Of a stretch of 64,000 nt of DNA, positions 45,447-55,818 are shown piece by piece. How positions within the stretch are numbered: the stretch's first letter is position 1; each line of letters starts with the position of its first letter. The position numbers and the translations under genes were made by a program. The DNA is taken from NCBI GenBank assembly GCA_937894465.1, contig CALCRE010000133.1, positions 2,772-66,771 of the forward strand. Direction: 5' to 3'. The notes beneath the pieces are model-generated. The model did not search any database. It had not been told where the DNA came from and worked only from the letters and a program-made list of their open reading frames with translations. Source of the stretch: an uncultured Clostridia bacterium. GTDB lineage: Bacteria; Bacillota; Clostridia; JAAYHZ01.

Positions 45447-47417
45447 TTAGCCACTGTACTCATATAGGAACTTCACTTGATTTCTACCGACCGCTTTTGC
45501 TTGATATAATGCGATGTCTGCGGCTTTAAAAAAATCTTCACTCTCCTGATTGTCATTTGGGGTGGTATAAGTGACTCCAATACTAACCGTAACAAAACTA
45601 CTCACCGATGATTGTTTATGAGGAATTTGAAGATCCTCGATTCTTTTCCGCAATCCATTGGCAATACTTATGGCTTCTTCTTTTTCCTTCTCCGGTAATA
45701 GTACAATAAATTCTTCCCCACCGTAGCGTGCCACCATATCGGTAAAACTTGATAATGAACCTCGAATGGTTTGTCCGATTTTGGTCAGACATTCATCCCC
45801 TGCTAAATGTCCATAATAATCATTGTATCCTTTAAAAAAATCGATATCAATAAACAATACCGCTATGGGGTATTGATGTTTCAAGCATCGTTCCCATTCC
45901 ACATAGATAAATTCATCAAATTTTCTTCTGTTCCATAATTTCGTCAAAGGATCTACAGTGGAAAGCTCTTGTAGTTTTGTATTCACTTTTTCCAGTTCAG
46001 TTTGCTGTTGCTTTATTTTTTCATTGGAGTCCACTAGTTCTTCAGTGCGATGCAGCACGATTTTATCTAAGTTTGTATTGATTTCAGTCAGTTTTTGCAT
46101 AGCAATTTCTTCTTTCTCTAAAGAATCGGAGAATTTCTTTGCTAACAAAAGTGAATTTGCAAAAGTGAAAATTAGCATTCCTGCAGAGCTGAGGTTACCA
46201 ATCCTAAATAACGATCTAAAAAACATAGGTCCTACATCATTCATCCATGTGCTGACAAAGACAATATCATTGATTGATGTTAAAAAAAATGCTGAAGCGC
46301 CTATACTAATAAGCCAACTGACCTTTTCCTCACGTATATTAATTTTGATCAATATTATTAATATATAGGCAATGGCTATGATGCTCCATATTTGGTATGT
46401 GGGATTGACAACCGTAAAAACCCTTGCAGGAGTGAAAAGGATCAATAGCCCAAATATTGCTGCTAGCAATTGAGCGATTCTGACCATCCGCTTATGGAAA
46501 TAGGTTGGAAAAACCGAAAGAAAAAACATAAGTACAAAAGGTACCACAAAGTAATATGTCAGCGTCATCAATTTATGAGCAATTTCCCAGCTGAATCTAG
46601 GAAACAGATAAATTAGCAAACATTCTCCAACCAACAAGGTTCTGAATCCAACTAATATACAAAACATTCCGAAATAAAATGCCGAAGTATCTTTTTTTCG
46701 AAAAAAGAATAAGGAAAGGTGATACAGTCCCATATAGATCAGACATCCAAATAATAAAACATCGTTTGCCAAACGGTTGTATCTGAGTCTCAAGATTTGT
46801 TCTTCACTACCCAAATTAATTCTTTCTAATATCCCCCCACTACGGTGGTGAAAATTCGAAACTTGCACTACTATCTCATTGTTTCCTTGTTTTGCTTCAA
46901 AAAAGGCAACCTGAGGAAGGTATTGCGATATTGTAGTGTCTATGGTTTTTCCTACTGTTCCCGCTGAAGCAATCAATTTTCCATTCATCCAAAGCTTGTA
47001 TGCGGTATGTAGTCTTGGGATCTTAAGAGCTAATTTTTCATTGACATCTATGTTAAAATTAAGTCTATAGGTTGCATAACCGAATCCGGAAATCGTTTTA
47101 TCTTCCGTTTTATCTTCCGTTTTATATTTATTCCATGAGCCCGGAACTGTAATATATCCGGTCATTAACTTTGGATCTATTTCGTCCGGTTCTAGTAAGC
47201 GGTTCCAATAAAGCTCCCATTCCCCATTCAATTGAATAATATCCTTTGTAAATGTCACCCGGGTCAAGTCCATCTTTCCGTCTTGTGCTTTCAGGCGAAG
47301 AGCTGCCGACTGACCGGAGCATCCTGTGAAAAACAAAATGAAAAGTAATAAAGAGATACATAATAGTACCTTAGAAATCGCTACTTTTCCCACCTGATGC
47401 ATTTTTACGAGCGTCAA
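45447..47417 (-). CDS. diguanylate cyclase: 7TMR-DISMED2 extracellular domain, 7 TM, coiled coil, GGDEF
   Basis: 656-aa ORF with an N-terminal signal and DISMED2-like block (LNGEWELYWNRLL...GYATYRLNF...YKLWMNGKLIA). Seven TM helices follow. GGDEF active site RYGGEEF. TTG start with AGGAGG 9 nt upstream. Confidence 0.85.
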   Translation of the reverse strand: MTLVKMHQVGKVAISKVLLCISLLLFILFFTGCSGQSAALRLKAQDGKMDLTRVTFTKDIIQLNGEWELYWNRLLEPDEIDPKLMTGYITVPGSWNKYKTEDKTEDKTISGFGYATYRLNFNIDVNEKLALKIPRLHTAYKLWMNGKLIASAGTVGKTIDTTISQYLPQVAFFEAKQGNNEIVVQVSNFHHRSGGILERINLGSEEQILRLRYNRLANDVLLFGCLIYMGLYHLSLFFFRKKDTSAFYFGMFCILVGFRTLLVGECLLIYLFPRFSWEIAHKLMTLTYYFVVPFVLMFFLSVFPTYFHKRMVRIAQLLAAIFGLLILFTPARVFTVVNPTYQIWSIIAIAYILIILIKINIREEKVSWLISIGASAFFLTSINDIVFVSTWMNDVGPMFFRSLFRIGNLSSAGMLIFTFANSLLLAKKFSDSLEKEEIAMQKLTEINTNLDKIVLHRTEELVDSNEKIKQQQTELEKVNTKLQELSTVDPLTKLWNRRKFDEFIYVEWERCLKHQYPIAVLFIDIDFFKGYNDYYGHLAGDECLTKIGQTIRGSLSSFTDMVARYGGEEFIVLLPEKEKEEAISIANGLRKRIEDLQIPHKQSSVSSFVTVSIGVTYTTPNDNQESEDFFKAADIALYQAKAVGRNQVKFLYEYSG

Positions 47418-47561
47418 CTTTTAAACCCTCCTTTGCCTTGCTTGATTTTCCGGGAGCAATTTTGTAATGTTATTGATCAAATAATCCATTGACATGGTTA
47501 CTAATATTATACCAAAGTTAATTCATTATTGAATAATAAAACTATTTTGTCGGTTAACTTC

Positions 47562-47611
47562 TCAAAGAAAATCCCGCAGTTACGATTTTACTATATGTAA
47601 CGGTGGGATTT
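47562..47611 (-). terminator. rho-independent terminator downstream of the O-acetyltransferase gene
   Basis: The minus strand reads AAATCCCACCGTTAC-atatagtaaaatc-GTAACTGCGGGATTT followed by TCTTTG. Confidence 0.5.
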
Positions 47612-47718
47612 ACCTGTTATTTTACTTAAACACCTGTAGTCTAACGATCACTTCTAATCAAACTTAGTATAAACCTCCCCATGGGTTGCATTTGCCTGTG
47701 ACAAAAGCTGTTCCTTAT

Positions 47719-48318
47719 CTAATAATCTCCGTCATACATAGGATATCGATACTTATCTTCCTCTGTGATTTTTCTAAGTACTTTGCATGGAACACCCACA
47801 GCAACAACATTTGCCGGTATTGATTTTTTAACGACGCTTCCCGCACCGATTACTGTATTATCTCCAATAGTTACACCTGCAAGAATGATTGAACCGGTAC
47901 CGATCCAGACATTATTGCCTATGACGATAGGTTTAGCTACCTCAATTCCCATTTTCCTCTGCTCCGGATCAATGGAGTGTTCTGCTGTTGTGAAGCAACA
48001 ATTCGGTGCAACAAAAACATGGTTTCCGAAGGTTACCTTTGCACCGTCGGTTATGATCATATTGTGGTTTGAATAAAAATTGTCACCAAAAGTTATGTTA
48101 TAACCATAATCGCACCAGAACGGTGGTGTAACGACGACATTTTTTCCGATGGATCCAATCAAGTCCAGGAGAATTTCTCTTTGCTTTTCTACATCATTTG
48201 GTGAAAGTTGATTATACTTATGGCATTTTTCTTTACCCTTTGCGATTTCTATTGCAAATTCAGGGTTATAGCAACCTTGGAAATAACAATCAGTAGGGAC
48301 AACAGGGTGCTTGACCAT
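47719..48318 (-). CDS. sugar O-acetyltransferase (maltose/galactoside acetyltransferase family, left-handed beta-helix)
   Basis: 199-aa ORF with an N-terminal Mac domain and hexapeptide repeats (IGNNVWIGTGSIILAGVTIGDNTVIGAGSVV). Confidence 0.85.
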   Translation of the reverse strand: MVKHPVVPTDCYFQGCYNPEFAIEIAKGKEKCHKYNQLSPNDVEKQREILLDLIGSIGKNVVVTPPFWCDYGYNITFGDNFYSNHNMIITDGAKVTFGNHVFVAPNCCFTTAEHSIDPEQRKMGIEVAKPIVIGNNVWIGTGSIILAGVTIGDNTVIGAGSVVKKSIPANVVAVGVPCKVLRKITEEDKYRYPMYDGDY

Positions 48319-48336
48319 TATGTACCTCCAGCACTT

Positions 48337-48750
48337 CTAAATCATTCTTGTTTCGGTGCACTTCCACAAATATATCATAGGAATCAGGGCTAATATAAAC
48401 TCCGTGCTAAAAGCAACAACTAACCATAGCTGTAAGCTTGACGGCCACGGCCAAATGAGCTGTATTATAACTCTTGATAACCATACAATAGTAAAGAATG
48501 TGTAAAATATTCTTAATTCTTTTGAACCATCAAATAATTTCTTCTGCACTATTATTAACAGTAAACTAAATCCTGTTAACAAAAAGGAAAAACAAAAATT
48601 TATGTAGTTAATTGATTGGATTATTTCGATTGGAGCATCCGGTATATAGGAAAACCAATTAGAAGAATACGGTACAAAAAAGTGCCATGTCCCAACTATA
48701 CTACCGATAATACAAGAAATATTAAATAATACCTTTGCAATTTTTTTCAA
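48337..48750 (-). CDS. integral membrane protein of unknown function
   Basis: 137-aa ORF with 4 TM helices. Confidence 0.5.
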   Translation of the reverse strand: MKKIAKVLFNISCIIGSIVGTWHFFVPYSSNWFSYIPDAPIEIIQSINYINFCFSFLLTGFSLLLIIVQKKLFDGSKELRIFYTFFTIVWLSRVIIQLIWPWPSSLQLWLVVAFSTEFILALIPMIYLWKCTETRMI

Positions 48751-48759
48751 TCCTATACC

Positions 48760-49320
48760 TCACAATTATGTAATTTGTCCGGATATAAATCTGTAGTTCT
48801 CTGTCAGAGTTTCTAACCAAGTAGATTTTAGCACATATTTTTTTCCTTGAAAAGTATGGTGTTTCAGACTTTTTGCTTGCATACTTTTGTACGGAAGTCC
48901 AATTAAACATGGAAAAAGCAAGCTTTAACTTGATTTTGGCGACATCGAATGTCTTCTCCATACAGCAAGATGCCGCTGTCGGGCAGTTCCGCCATGCCGA
49001 AGCTATCCATTTTATAGCTGTCGGAGATTCGCCGGCCACTCGTTCCCCAATAGACCGTTCTTTCTCTTTTATCCTGTAAGACGTATCCGCCGAAAGCATT
49101 CCGCCCTAAAACAGCCTAAAATATGAGTTATCAAGATAGCGTACCAGTAAAGCCTAAAGAAGATTGACCGGAGTTTCGGCCTGTTGTAGCCGAGCTTAAA
49201 ATCTTCAAGTGCAACAGAGCCGAACAGATAAACGGTCGGTTTATTATCTGCAAGTATAGTTACAATTTCGTCAGTCATTATTTGAATGGCTTCCTTCAGT
49301 ATCACAGTTTTATCCTCCAT
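48760..49320 (-). pseudogene. degraded nucleotidyltransferase (aminoglycoside-adenylyltransferase-like)
   Basis: The N-terminal frame reads ...KPTVYLFGSVALEDFKLGY, then loses frame. A second frame reads ...FGMAELPDSGILLYGEDI.... There are several frameshifts and no intact catalytic DxD. Confidence 0.55.
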
Positions 49321-50285
49321 TTTTCAACCATCTCATCAAAGTACGGGTAGAACCATTCACTAAGAAACTCACCAGAAGTCATCATTTCACGGATTATATC
49401 AGGACTTACCCACATCGCATCACAAGTTTCGCCTTCCTGAAAACGGACATCTTCAACAGGACAGTTATGTTCAAACACCCAAGCATCTTGCAGCCAACGA
49501 CGCCCGTCGTTCCCATGACGGATAGTGGTGTGAAACAAAACGCCCTTTTGTGGGTCGAGGTCAATACCAAGCTCTTCTTTTGTTTCGCGCAGAGCGGCAG
49601 TCAAACTGTCATCGCCCGCGAGAGCAGCACCACCTGATGTTTCCCATTTGCCGTCAATACTCGTGCCTCTTTTCGACGTACGTTTATCAATCAGCCATTC
49701 ACCCTTGCTGTTGTGTTTCCATACATGAACAACCAGATGGTAATCTCCCTCTACCATTTTTCTGCCCCGCTCATGAAACCGCCCGGTTTTGTTGCCGTTT
49801 TCATCTAAAACATCCCATATTTCGTTTGGTGTGTATTCCATCGGGGTTTTCCAAGGAGTATTGATGTCTTTTTCGATTTCCATGGGTATAAATCCAAAAT
49901 GTTTGCAAAATGGTAAACCGTGCGGTGACGAGTTTAATATAACTTTATCAAAACCCTTCATCTTTAACTCACAGATAATTCTGCTCATCAACTCAGTTGC
50001 AATACCTTGTCGATGATATTTGCCGTCAACAAACATCAATGCAATTCGATTGTTACCGTATGTTTCGATGATACCAATGACTTTTTTATCATCCAAAGCC
50101 ACAAACATTAAACGCTTACCTGAAAGATAAATATCAGAATTTGTTATTCTATCGTCAATTGCTAAACGCATACGATTCGTATGCTCTGGTCCATAATCCG
50201 GTGCGTCAAATTCCATAAACACTTTTAGAGCAAGGTCAAGAGCAGGCCGAATATCGTCTGCTGTTGCTTTTCTGTAAGTAATCAT
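49302..50285 (-). CDS. GNAT acetyltransferase - NUDIX hydrolase fusion protein
   Basis: 327-aa ORF with N-terminal GNAT motif A (HRQGIATELMSRI). The C-terminal Nudix box is GGAALAGDDSLTAALRETKEELGI. Confidence 0.7.
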   Translation of the reverse strand: MITYRKATADDIRPALDLALKVFMEFDAPDYGPEHTNRMRLAIDDRITNSDIYLSGKRLMFVALDDKKVIGIIETYGNNRIALMFVDGKYHRQGIATELMSRIICELKMKGFDKVILNSSPHGLPFCKHFGFIPMEIEKDINTPWKTPMEYTPNEIWDVLDENGNKTGRFHERGRKMVEGDYHLVVHVWKHNSKGEWLIDKRTSKRGTSIDGKWETSGGAALAGDDSLTAALRETKEELGIDLDPQKGVLFHTTIRHGNDGRRWLQDAWVFEHNCPVEDVRFQEGETCDAMWVSPDIIREMMTSGEFLSEWFYPYFDEMVEKWRIKL

Positions 50286-50388
50286 ATTTTTACCTCGCTT
50301 TCTCTCAGATAACTGACTTTTCTTCCTCAGTGCAGCCGATCAATATCTCGATATAAAGCTTACAAAGGTAAACTACGATAAATGATGA

Positions 50389-50530
50389 TCACTTTTCGGC
50401 CCTTGACATCAACACTACCGTCTCCACGTGGCTCGAGACGCCATATTGATGTTAGCGTACTAGGAAACATATCAACCGACATTTAACTTTTTCGAAGTTA
50501 TCGATGGTGACATCTTCACCTTATTCGATT
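50389..50530 (-). pseudogene. relic of the 3' end of a RumA-type methyltransferase paralog
   Basis: Shifted frames read ...VDMFPST... and ...HVETVVLMSRAEK*. Compare the intact gene end ...VDMFPWTEHVETVVLLKR at 52986. Multiple frameshifts; coordinates are approximate. Confidence 0.35.
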
Positions 50531-50585
50531 AGTTTAAAGTTTTCACCTTGGACCTATGTCAATCTAGAATTAAATCGGAGGTTTT

Positions 50586-52358
50586 TCACTTTTTCGTATT
50601 GGATTTTATAGAAGTCTTACGATCTGCACTTTCCATTTTTTTCTTTTCTTTTTCAATAACTTGGAATGCTTCTGCTTTACTTCCAGTAGTGGATCGAATC
50701 GAGAAAGCAATGTTCACAATATGATCCGATATTCTTTGGAATGAAAACAGAACAGAATAAATGCTATTTGACACCTCTACAGGATACATCCCGGAGCTTA
50801 GACGTACCACATGCTCGTCACGAATGGAAGATATTAATGTATCAACTTCCTCTTGTTGAATAGAAATTTTCCCCAAGTTTTTGGTTGTACGCTTTGTAAA
50901 CGCATCAAACCCTAAATCGAACATCTCTGATATATTTCTGTAGATTTGGTCAAACTCAGCTTTGGTCTGATCCAAAAACTTAACATCATTTTCTTTCATG
51001 TAGTTGGTTTCTTTTACTATAAGTACCGCATAATCTCCCAGCCGCTCAATATCGTTTGTTACATGATGCAATCCTCCGATCAGTTTTTCATCATCAGCCG
51101 ATTTAGTAACTGACGAAATTTTAATGAAAAAGCTTGTGAGCTTATTTGTTAAGAAATCGATACGATCTTCAACATCGGCGATTTTTTTGCTTTCACTCAT
51201 ATCTTCATTGACCAGTGAAGTAAAAGAACGGTCAATGTTCTCCTTTGCGAGAATCAGCATATCGTTCAATTCCTTTAATGCTTGTTCAATTGCAATCGCC
51301 GGAGTTTGCAGGAAACGCTCATCAATATATGACACCTCTTCCAGATTCTTTTCCTTATCTTGCACCAAATTTGCCACTAAATTTATTAAAGGATCCATAA
51401 ATACGAGCAACACTAAGGTGTAAACAATATTATAAACCAGGTTAAAAGTTGCAAGGCTAAACTGGGGTTTTCCGGGGAATAGACTTTTAAACATGCCTGT
51501 AATGGGTGTTCTAAAAATAATCAGGATAATCGTAAATGCTGTAGCGCCAATTACACTAGTAAGTAGATGAAATAATGCGATACGTTTCCCGTTGGCATTC
51601 GTAGTCAGGGAGGCCATAATCCCGTCACTGCATGTTCCGATATTTGCTCCCATCACTAAGAAGAATGATTGATCTAAATTATTAATTACTCCCGTAGCCA
51701 GGAAAGCGATAAAAACACCGGTTGCAGCTGTAGATGATTGTATGATGGCTGTAAAAAAGATACCTAATATCACAAGCAATATGGGATTTTGCATGATTTC
51801 ATATTTGAAAACTTTAGAGAGTTGAATGCTAAGCGTTGAATCCGGTCCACCGATTGCAAATTCCATCACTTCAAGCCCGATAAACAACATTCCAAATCCT
51901 ATTAAAAATATTGCAATTTCATTAAGGAATTCATTGTTTGTGGTAAAAACAATGATGACACCGACAAACGCAACCGCTGCAAAAACAGAGGAAATGCTAA
52001 AGCCGCCTTTGCTTATGCCTGATAGAGCAAATATAAACGCTGTAAGAGTAGTCCCTACTTTTGCGCCTAATACAAAGCCTGAACCTTGCTTGACAGTTAC
52101 AATATTCGCATGTGCAAGTCCGACTGTCATGATTGAGGTGGCTGAAGAAGATTGGACAAGTGCGGTAGCCCCAATTCCGATCCCGTAATTAAATACTCTG
52201 TTTTTGTCCATCTTTTTGAAAAGATTTCGTATTCCCGATCCTGCGCTTTGTTCCAAACCGGAGCTCATCTGCTTCATACCAAACATAAATACAGCGACTC
52301 CACCTAACATAAGCAGTAAATTCATTAATATTTCCACCATATTCCTCCCCATATTCAC
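50586..52358 (-). CDS. Na+/phosphate cotransporter family protein with C-terminal PhoU-like domains
   Basis: 590-aa ORF with duplicated Na/Pi cotransporter TM repeats (QSSSATS and QSSTAAT motifs). The helical PhoU-like tail includes RLGDYAV and RISDHIV. Confidence 0.85.
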   Translation of the reverse strand: MNMGRNMVEILMNLLLMLGGVAVFMFGMKQMSSGLEQSAGSGIRNLFKKMDKNRVFNYGIGIGATALVQSSSATSIMTVGLAHANIVTVKQGSGFVLGAKVGTTLTAFIFALSGISKGGFSISSVFAAVAFVGVIIVFTTNNEFLNEIAIFLIGFGMLFIGLEVMEFAIGGPDSTLSIQLSKVFKYEIMQNPILLVILGIFFTAIIQSSTAATGVFIAFLATGVINNLDQSFFLVMGANIGTCSDGIMASLTTNANGKRIALFHLLTSVIGATAFTIILIIFRTPITGMFKSLFPGKPQFSLATFNLVYNIVYTLVLLVFMDPLINLVANLVQDKEKNLEEVSYIDERFLQTPAIAIEQALKELNDMLILAKENIDRSFTSLVNEDMSESKKIADVEDRIDFLTNKLTSFFIKISSVTKSADDEKLIGGLHHVTNDIERLGDYAVLIVKETNYMKENDVKFLDQTKAEFDQIYRNISEMFDLGFDAFTKRTTKNLGKISIQQEEVDTLISSIRDEHVVRLSSGMYPVEVSNSIYSVLFSFQRISDHIVNIAFSIRSTTGSKAEAFQVIEKEKKKMESADRKTSIKSNTKK

Positions 52359-52503
52359 AATTTATTTCTATATTAGTGCAATACTATTTTCTTCAAGGTG
52401 GTTGAAAAGAAAATGATAAAATGCTTTCTGTCTTTATCTAAAACCGACATATGCAATACTGCTACGGCATAAATAAAATCAAATTTGTCAGATAACTTTT
52501 CTG

Positions 52504-52765
52504 TTAAGCAGTCAAAAACATCAAAGGATTGAGAAAGACTTGGAAACCATTCTTTACAATGTTATATCCATTTTCCAATAAGTAAATAGCATCTCTGCCT
52601 TCTCCGTAATCAATCTAGATGATTTTTGCTTCTTTGGATATTCCATATTTCTTTATTGTTTCATCAACAATTTTCGATGGGCTATCGGAAAACCATTGTA
52701 ATGATTTCTGATGAACTTGCTTATATCTATCATCGTATGCTTCGTAATATTCTCTTTCTTAACAT
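52504..52765 (-). pseudogene. relic of a class I SAM-dependent methyltransferase (TehB-like N-terminus)
   Basis: Own translation: EYYEAYDDRYKQVHQKSLQWFSDSPSKIVDETIKKYGISKEAKII-TAG(52615-52617)-IDYGEGRDAIYLLENGYNIV... then a premature stop. The ATG at 52765 is out of frame. Confidence 0.55.
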
Positions 52766-52985
52766 AAATTAACTATCTTTAAAATTTATCGAACTACTTA
52801 ATTTCCATTAAACCTGAACTCAATTAATCAATCAACACCACAGCTAAAAAATATATTAACATATTTCAGTTATGATGGTTAGCCTATTATACACGATTTT
52901 ATCAACTAAACCTAAAAAATCAATACTGACCACTCGCCAAGCACTGACATATCACTCTGCCACAAGGAAAAACGCTTGTTTGGAC

Positions 52986-54386
52986 TCACTTCTCCAACCT
53001 TTTTAACAATACTACCGTCTCAACATGTTCAGTCCAAGGGAACATGTCTACAGGTTGTACTTTTTTTATCTCGTACTTGCCATGTTCATTGAGGTACTTT
53101 AAATCTCTGGCCAATGTAGAGGGGTTACAGGAGACATAGATTAGCTTTTGTGTTCTCAGTTCACATAGAGAAGATAATAATCGTTCATGGCACCCTTTTC
53201 TAGGAGGATCCACGATAATTAAATCAGGGTGAATATTATTTGTGCTTTGGATAAGCTGATTGATTTCATCTTCTGCTTTCCCGGTGATAAATTCTGTGTT
53301 TCGAATGTTGTTTTGGATTGTATTTTCCTTTGCATTTTCCACCGCTTGAGGGACTGATTCGATACCAATCACCTTTTTTGCCTGATCCGCCAAATACAAT
53401 CCAATTGTTCCGGCACCACAGTATAAATCCCAAACAATTTCTTCTCCGGTCAACCCCGCATATTCTTTAACTTTATCGTAAAGAACCTTCATTTGCAGCG
53501 TGTTAACTTGAAAGAAAGATAAAGGAGTAATCCGAAAAGTCAAGTCACCTAATTTTTCTTGAATGGATCCATCTCCATAATAGTAGACACACTCATTTCC
53601 CATAATGACATTGGTGGCTTTTGTATTCAGGTTCAGCACAACTGTCTTTATATCCTGAAAGCTCGCCAATAAAATATCAGTCAACCCCTTCATAAACACC
53701 CGGTTATTCTCGGTTGCTACAATTACCACCATCACATCGTCAGTGTTGACACTTTTTCGAACCATAATGTGACGAACCAAGCCTTTGTTTTTGGTTTCAT
53801 CGTAGGCGGAAATCTTATTGCTTTTCATATAAATCAATACCGTGTCTTTGATTTGATCGGCAATACCTGGTTGAATTCGGCATTGCTGCGCATAAACCAC
53901 TTGATGAGTTCGCCTTGCATAAAAACCGGCACTCAAACCTCTTTGTTTGTTTCCTTCGCCTAATCCTGTGCTGCCCACAGCCAGCTGCACTTTGTTTCGA
54001 TATTCATAAGGCTCTTGCATACCGATGCATGGTAACACCGGTATATCCGTAAAACCGCCTATGCGTTTTAAACAATCATCTACACGCACCGTTTTATTTT
54101 TCAATTGACTTTCATAGCTCATGTGTTGAAGGCTGCATCCTCCGCACAAATCATATACGGGACAAAAAGGATCTCTTCGATCGGGACTTTTTTCAATATA
54201 CTCGGAAATTATCCCATAAGCATAATCTTTTTTAATGCTTACAAGTCTGGCCTTTATTCTCTCACCGGGCAAAGCACCTTCGGTGAAAACCACAAAGTCG
54301 TCCACCTTCCCCACACCAAACCCTTGGTGAGACATACCGGTGATGTCGATTTCAACTATTTGGTTTTTGTTTAATTTTTCAGCCAT
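52986..54386 (-). CDS. rlmD: 23S rRNA (uracil-C5)-methyltransferase, RumA/RlmD family
   Basis: 466-aa ORF with a TRAM domain N-terminus and the Fe-S Cys cluster (CPVYDLCGGCSLQH). SAM motif DLYCGAGTIGL and catalytic YVSCNP are present. Confidence 0.85.
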   Translation of the reverse strand: MAEKLNKNQIVEIDITGMSHQGFGVGKVDDFVVFTEGALPGERIKARLVSIKKDYAYGIISEYIEKSPDRRDPFCPVYDLCGGCSLQHMSYESQLKNKTVRVDDCLKRIGGFTDIPVLPCIGMQEPYEYRNKVQLAVGSTGLGEGNKQRGLSAGFYARRTHQVVYAQQCRIQPGIADQIKDTVLIYMKSNKISAYDETKNKGLVRHIMVRKSVNTDDVMVVIVATENNRVFMKGLTDILLASFQDIKTVVLNLNTKATNVIMGNECVYYYGDGSIQEKLGDLTFRITPLSFFQVNTLQMKVLYDKVKEYAGLTGEEIVWDLYCGAGTIGLYLADQAKKVIGIESVPQAVENAKENTIQNNIRNTEFITGKAEDEINQLIQSTNNIHPDLIIVDPPRKGCHERLLSSLCELRTQKLIYVSCNPSTLARDLKYLNEHGKYEIKKVQPVDMFPWTEHVETVVLLKRLEK

Positions 54387-54397
54387 AACTAACCTTT

Positions 54398-55780
54398 CTA
54401 AAGTTCAGCTAATACCGGTACCGGTTGCTCTTTAATGATATTATTCATCCATTTACGGGATTTAAATCGTTTGGATATAAAAATCGCTTTGACCACTTCC
54501 TCTAATTGAACGGCACAAAGAGCGCCCGCTATATTGAATCCTAAACCCAAAACACTGATAAATGCCATCGGTATTCCGACAAATAGAATGCAACATATCT
54601 CCAAGCGCATACAATATTGTGCATCTCCTCCGTTTCTCAATATACCCACAATTAAAGTAAAATTAAATGCCTTAACAGGCAAGAAAGAAACTATAACGAT
54701 AATGGCTTGCCTTAAAAGTATACTAGTTTCCGGCTTCAGATCATAGATTGAAGTAATCGAATCAATAAACAAAAGTGGAATAAAAACTACGGATGCGGTA
54801 AACAGAACAGCGATAAGAAGAGATCTTTTCGCATATTCATACGCTTGCTCATAATTTTCCCGTCCGATCTCATTACCCACCATAACACCGGATGCATGAC
54901 CAATTCCCATAAACAAAGCTTGGAACATATCTCCGACCACATAAGCAACCTGAACAACTGCAATGGAGTCTGTACCCAAAAGACCATAAGCAATATAGTA
55001 GACAGAAGTGCCGATCGCCCAGAAAGATTCATTGACAATCACCGGGGAGGCAGTTTTCAGAACTGTTTTCATTAATTTAGCGTCCCAAGAACTTAGCTCC
55101 TTAAAGGATGCTGCAAGGGGATGATTACTCTTTTTATGATATACAGTAGCAATAAGGATGGTCATCTCCAACACTCTTGCTATTACCGTTGCATAAGCTG
55201 CTCCTGCAATTCCCAAAGCAGGTGCACCGAAATGACCGTTAATCAATATATAGTTCAAAGCTGTGTTGGTACCTAAAGCAATAATGGATGCCACCATAGG
55301 CCATTTGGTCCTGTGAACCGCACGAGCATTGAATCCGAATGCATTAGTAATAGGAGCTATAAAAAACTGAGGCGAAACCAAATGCAAATATTTCACCGCT
55401 TGTTCAATAACCACGGGATCATCGGAGAACAACCCTAGTATTTGTCGCGGCATTGTAAAACTCAATAAGAAAAACACTGCACCGATTCCAAATCCAAAAA
55501 GCGATTCGATGCCCATGACCTTACGAATGCTCTTGACATCCTTGACGCCCCAATACTGTGATATAAACACCGAGATTCCGCTATACAATCCGAACACACA
55601 TAAAAAGTATATAAAAACAAGTCGGTTGGCGATTCCAACCGACGCTATTGCCGTTTCTCCCATAACACCGATCATTACGGTGTCCACCATATTTAATGTT
55701 GTAGTAACAAAATTTTGCACCACAATGGGAATACCGATATTCCCTACGGTCTTTAAAAAAGTCTTATTACTTTGTTTCAT
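54398..55780 (-). CDS. MATE-family efflux transporter
   Basis: 460-aa ORF with 12 TM helices and the typical MATE N-terminus (IPIVVQNFVTTTLNMVDTVMIG). Confidence 0.85.
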   Translation of the reverse strand: MKQSNKTFLKTVGNIGIPIVVQNFVTTTLNMVDTVMIGVMGETAIASVGIANRLVFIYFLCVFGLYSGISVFISQYWGVKDVKSIRKVMGIESLFGFGIGAVFFLLSFTMPRQILGLFSDDPVVIEQAVKYLHLVSPQFFIAPITNAFGFNARAVHRTKWPMVASIIALGTNTALNYILINGHFGAPALGIAGAAYATVIARVLEMTILIATVYHKKSNHPLAASFKELSSWDAKLMKTVLKTASPVIVNESFWAIGTSVYYIAYGLLGTDSIAVVQVAYVVGDMFQALFMGIGHASGVMVGNEIGRENYEQAYEYAKRSLLIAVLFTASVVFIPLLFIDSITSIYDLKPETSILLRQAIIVIVSFLPVKAFNFTLIVGILRNGGDAQYCMRLEICCILFVGIPMAFISVLGLGFNIAGALCAVQLEEVVKAIFISKRFKSRKWMNNIIKEQPVPVLAEL

Positions 55781-55818
55781 ATAAGTGAAGCCTTTAAAAT
55801 CCTAATCGGATTGTAAAA

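Noticed and set aside
8908-52617. Possible stop-codon reassignment or programmed readthrough. It was suggested by several in-frame stops: TAG at 8908, TAA at 17564 and TAG at 52615.
   Set aside because: TAA, TAG and TGA all terminate well-conserved genes at the expected protein ends in this window. TAA ends the GH13 gene, TAG ends the P-type ATPase and the hemerythrin-like gene, and TGA ends the MalF-like gene. Ordinary nonsense mutations in decaying accessory genes are the simpler reading.
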